Origin: a virus
Lineage: Duplodnaviria; Caudoviricetes
Length of the DNA stretch: 64,000 nucleotides
Reading direction: 5' to 3' (one strand)
IMG/VR virus record: IMGVR_UViG_3300035520_000885
Coordinates: 50,128-114,127 of that record
The notes beneath the pieces are model-generated. The model did no database searches and was not told the origin of the DNA. It saw only the letters and a program-made list of their open reading frames with translations. How positions within the stretch are numbered: the first letter of the stretch is position 1; every line of letters begins with the position of its first letter. Positions 61,072-64,000 of this stretch are shown here, in pieces. The position numbers were made by a program, and so were the translations under genes.

Positions 61072-61194
61072 TCACTTTCTAAGCTGGTCTATGACCAGTT
61101 TTACAATCATGACAGTGAGGCAGACCATTAGTATTCCGAGGCACCCGAAAAGAATTGCGAAGAACGACGTAGCCAATTTAGACATGATATCCAT
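61072..61194 (-). CDS. Small single-TM protein (40 aa), not in the ORF track
   Basis: SD GGAGG; MDIMSKLATSFFAILFGCLGILMVCLTVMIVKLVIDQLRK*; overlaps the 3' end of the upstream gene. Confidence 0.5.
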   Translation of the reverse strand: MDIMSKLATSFFAILFGCLGILMVCLTVMIVKLVIDQLRK

Positions 61195-61595
61195 TTTTCC
61201 TCCACCCCTTGGTATACGATATTTGCTCGTGCGACTTTCTCTAGTTCCAGTTTCTTTTCATCTGCTGGATTCCTCTTTATGGAGAATATAAATTCGACTC
61301 GTAAGTCATTTATTCCGAGAATATTGGCAACTTGGAATCCGCCAGTCTCTTCTACCAGCATGCCACAGTCTTTTTTCCTTACATCCCTGAAATACACCCA
61401 ATCCTCTGCACGAATTGTGGATGTGTACGTTGCATCGGATCTTGGATTCTTGTAAACGAAGCAGACAGGAAAACCAACAGAAGGGACACCAGCAACCGCT
61501 TCTTTAATTAGGCGTTCGGCATCATTTGGATTAGAGATTCCATGAAGTACTTGGTTGCTCATAGTTTTATCTCTCTTAATTCTAATATATTTCAT
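61128..61595 (-). CDS. Hypothetical protein, paralog of 61618-62049
   Basis: Shared RIKRD, GISNP, DCG.L.E, ILGIN.LRV.FIF. Confidence 0.7.
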   Translation of the reverse strand: MKYIRIKRDKTMSNQVLHGISNPNDAERLIKEAVAGVPSVGFPVCFVYKNPRSDATYTSTIRAEDWVYFRDVRKKDCGMLVEETGGFQVANILGINDLRVEFIFSIKRNPADEKKLELEKVARANIVYQGVEEKWISCLNWLRRSSQFFSGASEY

Positions 61596-61617
61596 TAGAT
61601 TCTTTCACCTCACCGAA

Positions 61618-62049
61618 TCAATAAGAACTTAAACAAGCCATCAATTCACCTTTACTTCCACAGAACATTATCCGGGCACCAAAAACTTTGTCCAATGCAT
61701 ATTTCTTACCATTCCCAGAATTTTCTTTTGTCAAGAATATGAATCCGACTCGTAAGTTATTTATACCAAGTATACTAACGATTTTTATTGCATTATTTTC
61801 CAAGAGCACTCCGCAGTCAGTATCAGTCACATCTTTGACAAATCCAAACTTTTCTGTGCGGACGACAGTCGCAACATCATACGTATCTGTATCTGAGGTC
61901 TCATATGCAAAGTGAATTGGAATTCCTGTATCCGGATGGCTCCTTATAGTGTCCCGAATGCAATTCTCTAAATATTCTGGATTGGAGATTCCAAAAAGAC
62001 TTGGATTTTCGTCTGCATTGTAATCCCTCTTAATTCTGACGAATTCCAT
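61618..62049 (-). CDS. Hypothetical protein, paralog of 61128-61595
   Basis: Same shared motifs as its neighbour. Confidence 0.7.
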   Translation of the reverse strand: MEFVRIKRDYNADENPSLFGISNPEYLENCIRDTIRSHPDTGIPIHFAYETSDTDTYDVATVVRTEKFGFVKDVTDTDCGVLLENNAIKIVSILGINNLRVGFIFLTKENSGNGKKYALDKVFGARIMFCGSKGELMACLSSY

Positions 62050-62070
62050 GATTTTTCTATCCCTTCACTA

Positions 62071-62712
62071 TTAATTCTTAGAGCCAGGCTCCCACTCAAT
62101 GGTAAGTGAGCATCTGTCTCCATCATGCTGCTGTGGTTTGATCTGAATAGACGATATTCTCATATCGGGTCTATCCATCTCTTTAATGATACAGCCCAGT
62201 AAAGGATCTGAAAACTCGGGCATTTCCTCTTTAGCAGATTTCTCATCAGGTGATTTACTCTTCACGATTTTGCAAAGAACATCTTTGACTATCCACACCA
62301 AGGCCTCTTTAGCTCCCATTGACAGATTCGGCGTGTTCACTCCGATATTAAGGTACACATCATGATTCATGTAATACCAGAATATTTCTTCAGCCTCTTC
62401 TCCGGAGCAAAGGTCATGGTTTGCTGTAATTCTCTCCATGACATCTTCCAGAAACGATTTTCCAAATTCTTCTGAACTGAAGATTGTCATACCCGGGTCA
62501 ACACTTCTCAGCTCTGAACTTAAAATTGCCGCAAATTTTCCTTGCGCATCTCGGTTAGACTTAAATGTGTCATTATCTACCGAAACAGTAACCGACGTTC
62601 CGAGCAGATCGGTCATGGTCGGATAATCGACACCAGCGTCTCCTAATATTGAATTGAGGTGAGACATCATTCTTTGAGACAGCTCGCTGGCTTTAAAGCG
62701 TTTTTCAATCAT
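62071..62712 (-). CDS. Hypothetical protein, paralog of 62739-63746
   Basis: Shared SE.FGK.F block and C-terminal DGD...L.I. Confidence 0.7.
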   Translation of the reverse strand: MIEKRFKASELSQRMMSHLNSILGDAGVDYPTMTDLLGTSVTVSVDNDTFKSNRDAQGKFAAILSSELRSVDPGMTIFSSEEFGKSFLEDVMERITANHDLCSGEEAEEIFWYYMNHDVYLNIGVNTPNLSMGAKEALVWIVKDVLCKIVKSKSPDEKSAKEEMPEFSDPLLGCIIKEMDRPDMRISSIQIKPQQHDGDRCSLTIEWEPGSKN

Positions 62713-62738
62713 TTATATTCCTCCACCATTACACACAA

Positions 62739-63746
62739 TCAAAAAATCGATTTCTTTGAATCTTGCGTATATGTAATAATGAGCTTGCTATTATCTCCAT
62801 CACCGGACGGAGTCCCAATTTTCATTGAGACGATAGTTATGCCAGACGATGGAATAATTTCATCTACAATATATTTCACAGCTTGAGGACTAACCGTCGT
62901 ACAGTCTATGACGAGTTTTGTAGTCGTCTTTGAGTGCATGCTTAGCAATTCCTTAGGAGGTTCCAGAACTTGATTCTCTACGGAATCTGTGCTTTGCGTG
63001 AGAGTAGAACCGCTCAAATATGCGACAGCGGTCTTTACGAAAATCTCTAGGAATTTACTCTCGACTCTTTCCTGAATATGACTGTCGATCGTAAACGTCA
63101 TACTCACGTCGTTGGCTAGCGTCTCAACGAATTCTTTCAGGCCATCGCAGTCCAAGAACATTGGGTCATTACTCATCGCATCACACAAGAGCTCTAAGAA
63201 CCCAGAATTTTTGTCAGTTGGCCTTAAAATACTTGCACACCCGCTGTCAATTTGCACAGGCGATTTTTTATTATTCACACTTTCAGGAGATAAAATCTCC
63301 TTAAAAGTTTTTATAGTAATATCGACAAGGCGTTCTTTTGCAACTGATGACAATACAGTGTCTTCGCACACAAAGATGTTCAATTGCTTGGACACAAGTT
63401 TCTCGATGTCTTCTTCATTGAGTCCGTACAACTGACGATCTCTTGCTATAATTGGATCTTCAAGCGCCTTTTTCTTAATCTGCTGAATGAAGTTCTTTCC
63501 AAAACATTCCGATGTTACAACTCCATCCATCGGGATAGCATCACACAAACTTCTTCCTACAGTGGTTACAAGTTCTGATGTATTCACCGTATTGCCGCCA
63601 AGCGCATCAGCGTTACACATTACCATGATGCTGGTGTCAAATAACTCATTGTCGTCGATGGTAATTCCAGACTCAGCCAGATTTGAGACAATCTTGGCTT
63701 TCATCCCAGTACTTAAATCAGTACCTCTATAACTCCTAGATGTCAT
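62739..63746 (-). CDS. Hypothetical protein
   Basis: SD AGGAGG, 335 aa. Confidence 0.7.
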   Translation of the reverse strand: MTSRSYRGTDLSTGMKAKIVSNLAESGITIDDNELFDTSIMVMCNADALGGNTVNTSELVTTVGRSLCDAIPMDGVVTSECFGKNFIQQIKKKALEDPIIARDRQLYGLNEEDIEKLVSKQLNIFVCEDTVLSSVAKERLVDITIKTFKEILSPESVNNKKSPVQIDSGCASILRPTDKNSGFLELLCDAMSNDPMFLDCDGLKEFVETLANDVSMTFTIDSHIQERVESKFLEIFVKTAVAYLSGSTLTQSTDSVENQVLEPPKELLSMHSKTTTKLVIDCTTVSPQAVKYIVDEIIPSSGITIVSMKIGTPSGDGDNSKLIITYTQDSKKSIF

Positions 63747-63747
63747 A

Positions 63748-64000
63748 TTAATCCTCCTTAAAATTCACAGCTCTATGCTCATTATATCTTACCGCCACAC
63801 GATAGGTCGAGTCAAATGAAACAGACGGACCGATATCGACACTAATGATATGTGCATCGTCTGGGACGAATCTGTTAAGAATAAAATTCATCGTCTCCAC
63901 GTCTACCTTAGATGTCTCGACATCCACTTGTGTAGTTATTGACTGAGTAGCATCTTTCACCCCAAATAGTTTATTAGCAACGCTATCCTTAGACTCATCC
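63748..64000 (-). CDS. Partial hypothetical protein, probably the same family
   Basis: C-terminus resembles that of 62739-63746; frame appears open to the window edge. Confidence 0.5.
   Translation of the reverse strand, partial: DESKDSVANKLFGVKDATQSITTQVDVETSKVDVETMNFILNRFVPDDAHIISVDIGPSVSFDSTYRVAVRYNEHRAVNFKED

Overview
This window is part of a jumbo-phage genome of the AR9/PBS1 (phiKZ-related) type. The host is probably a Firmicute, judged from strong Shine-Dalgarno (SD) sites and an amidase-SPOR-CW_7 endolysin. It encodes seven split multisubunit RNA polymerase subunits: four forming a putative non-virion set and three forming a putative virion set. Three of these genes are interrupted by five group I introns whose splice sites could be reconstructed by eye. 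Other recognisable products are SbcC, a UvsW-like helicase, a Dda/RecD-like helicase with a class 3 intein, RecA/UvsX, NAD-dependent ligase, RNase HI, a DHH phosphoesterase, homing endonucleases, probable virion proteins and tRNA-Lys. Two promoter motifs recur: late-type AACA-N6-TA and early-type TATATRTHATA. The most unusual observations are (1) three tandem promoter/anti-SD/terminator small-RNA units at 60.4-60.8 kb, (2) a pseudoknotted ~280-nt non-coding RNA candidate at 2.9-3.2 kb, and (3) a MazF/PemK-like gene whose fusion to a winged-helix domain depends on a C12 tract. All calls come from reading motifs; no searches were run.
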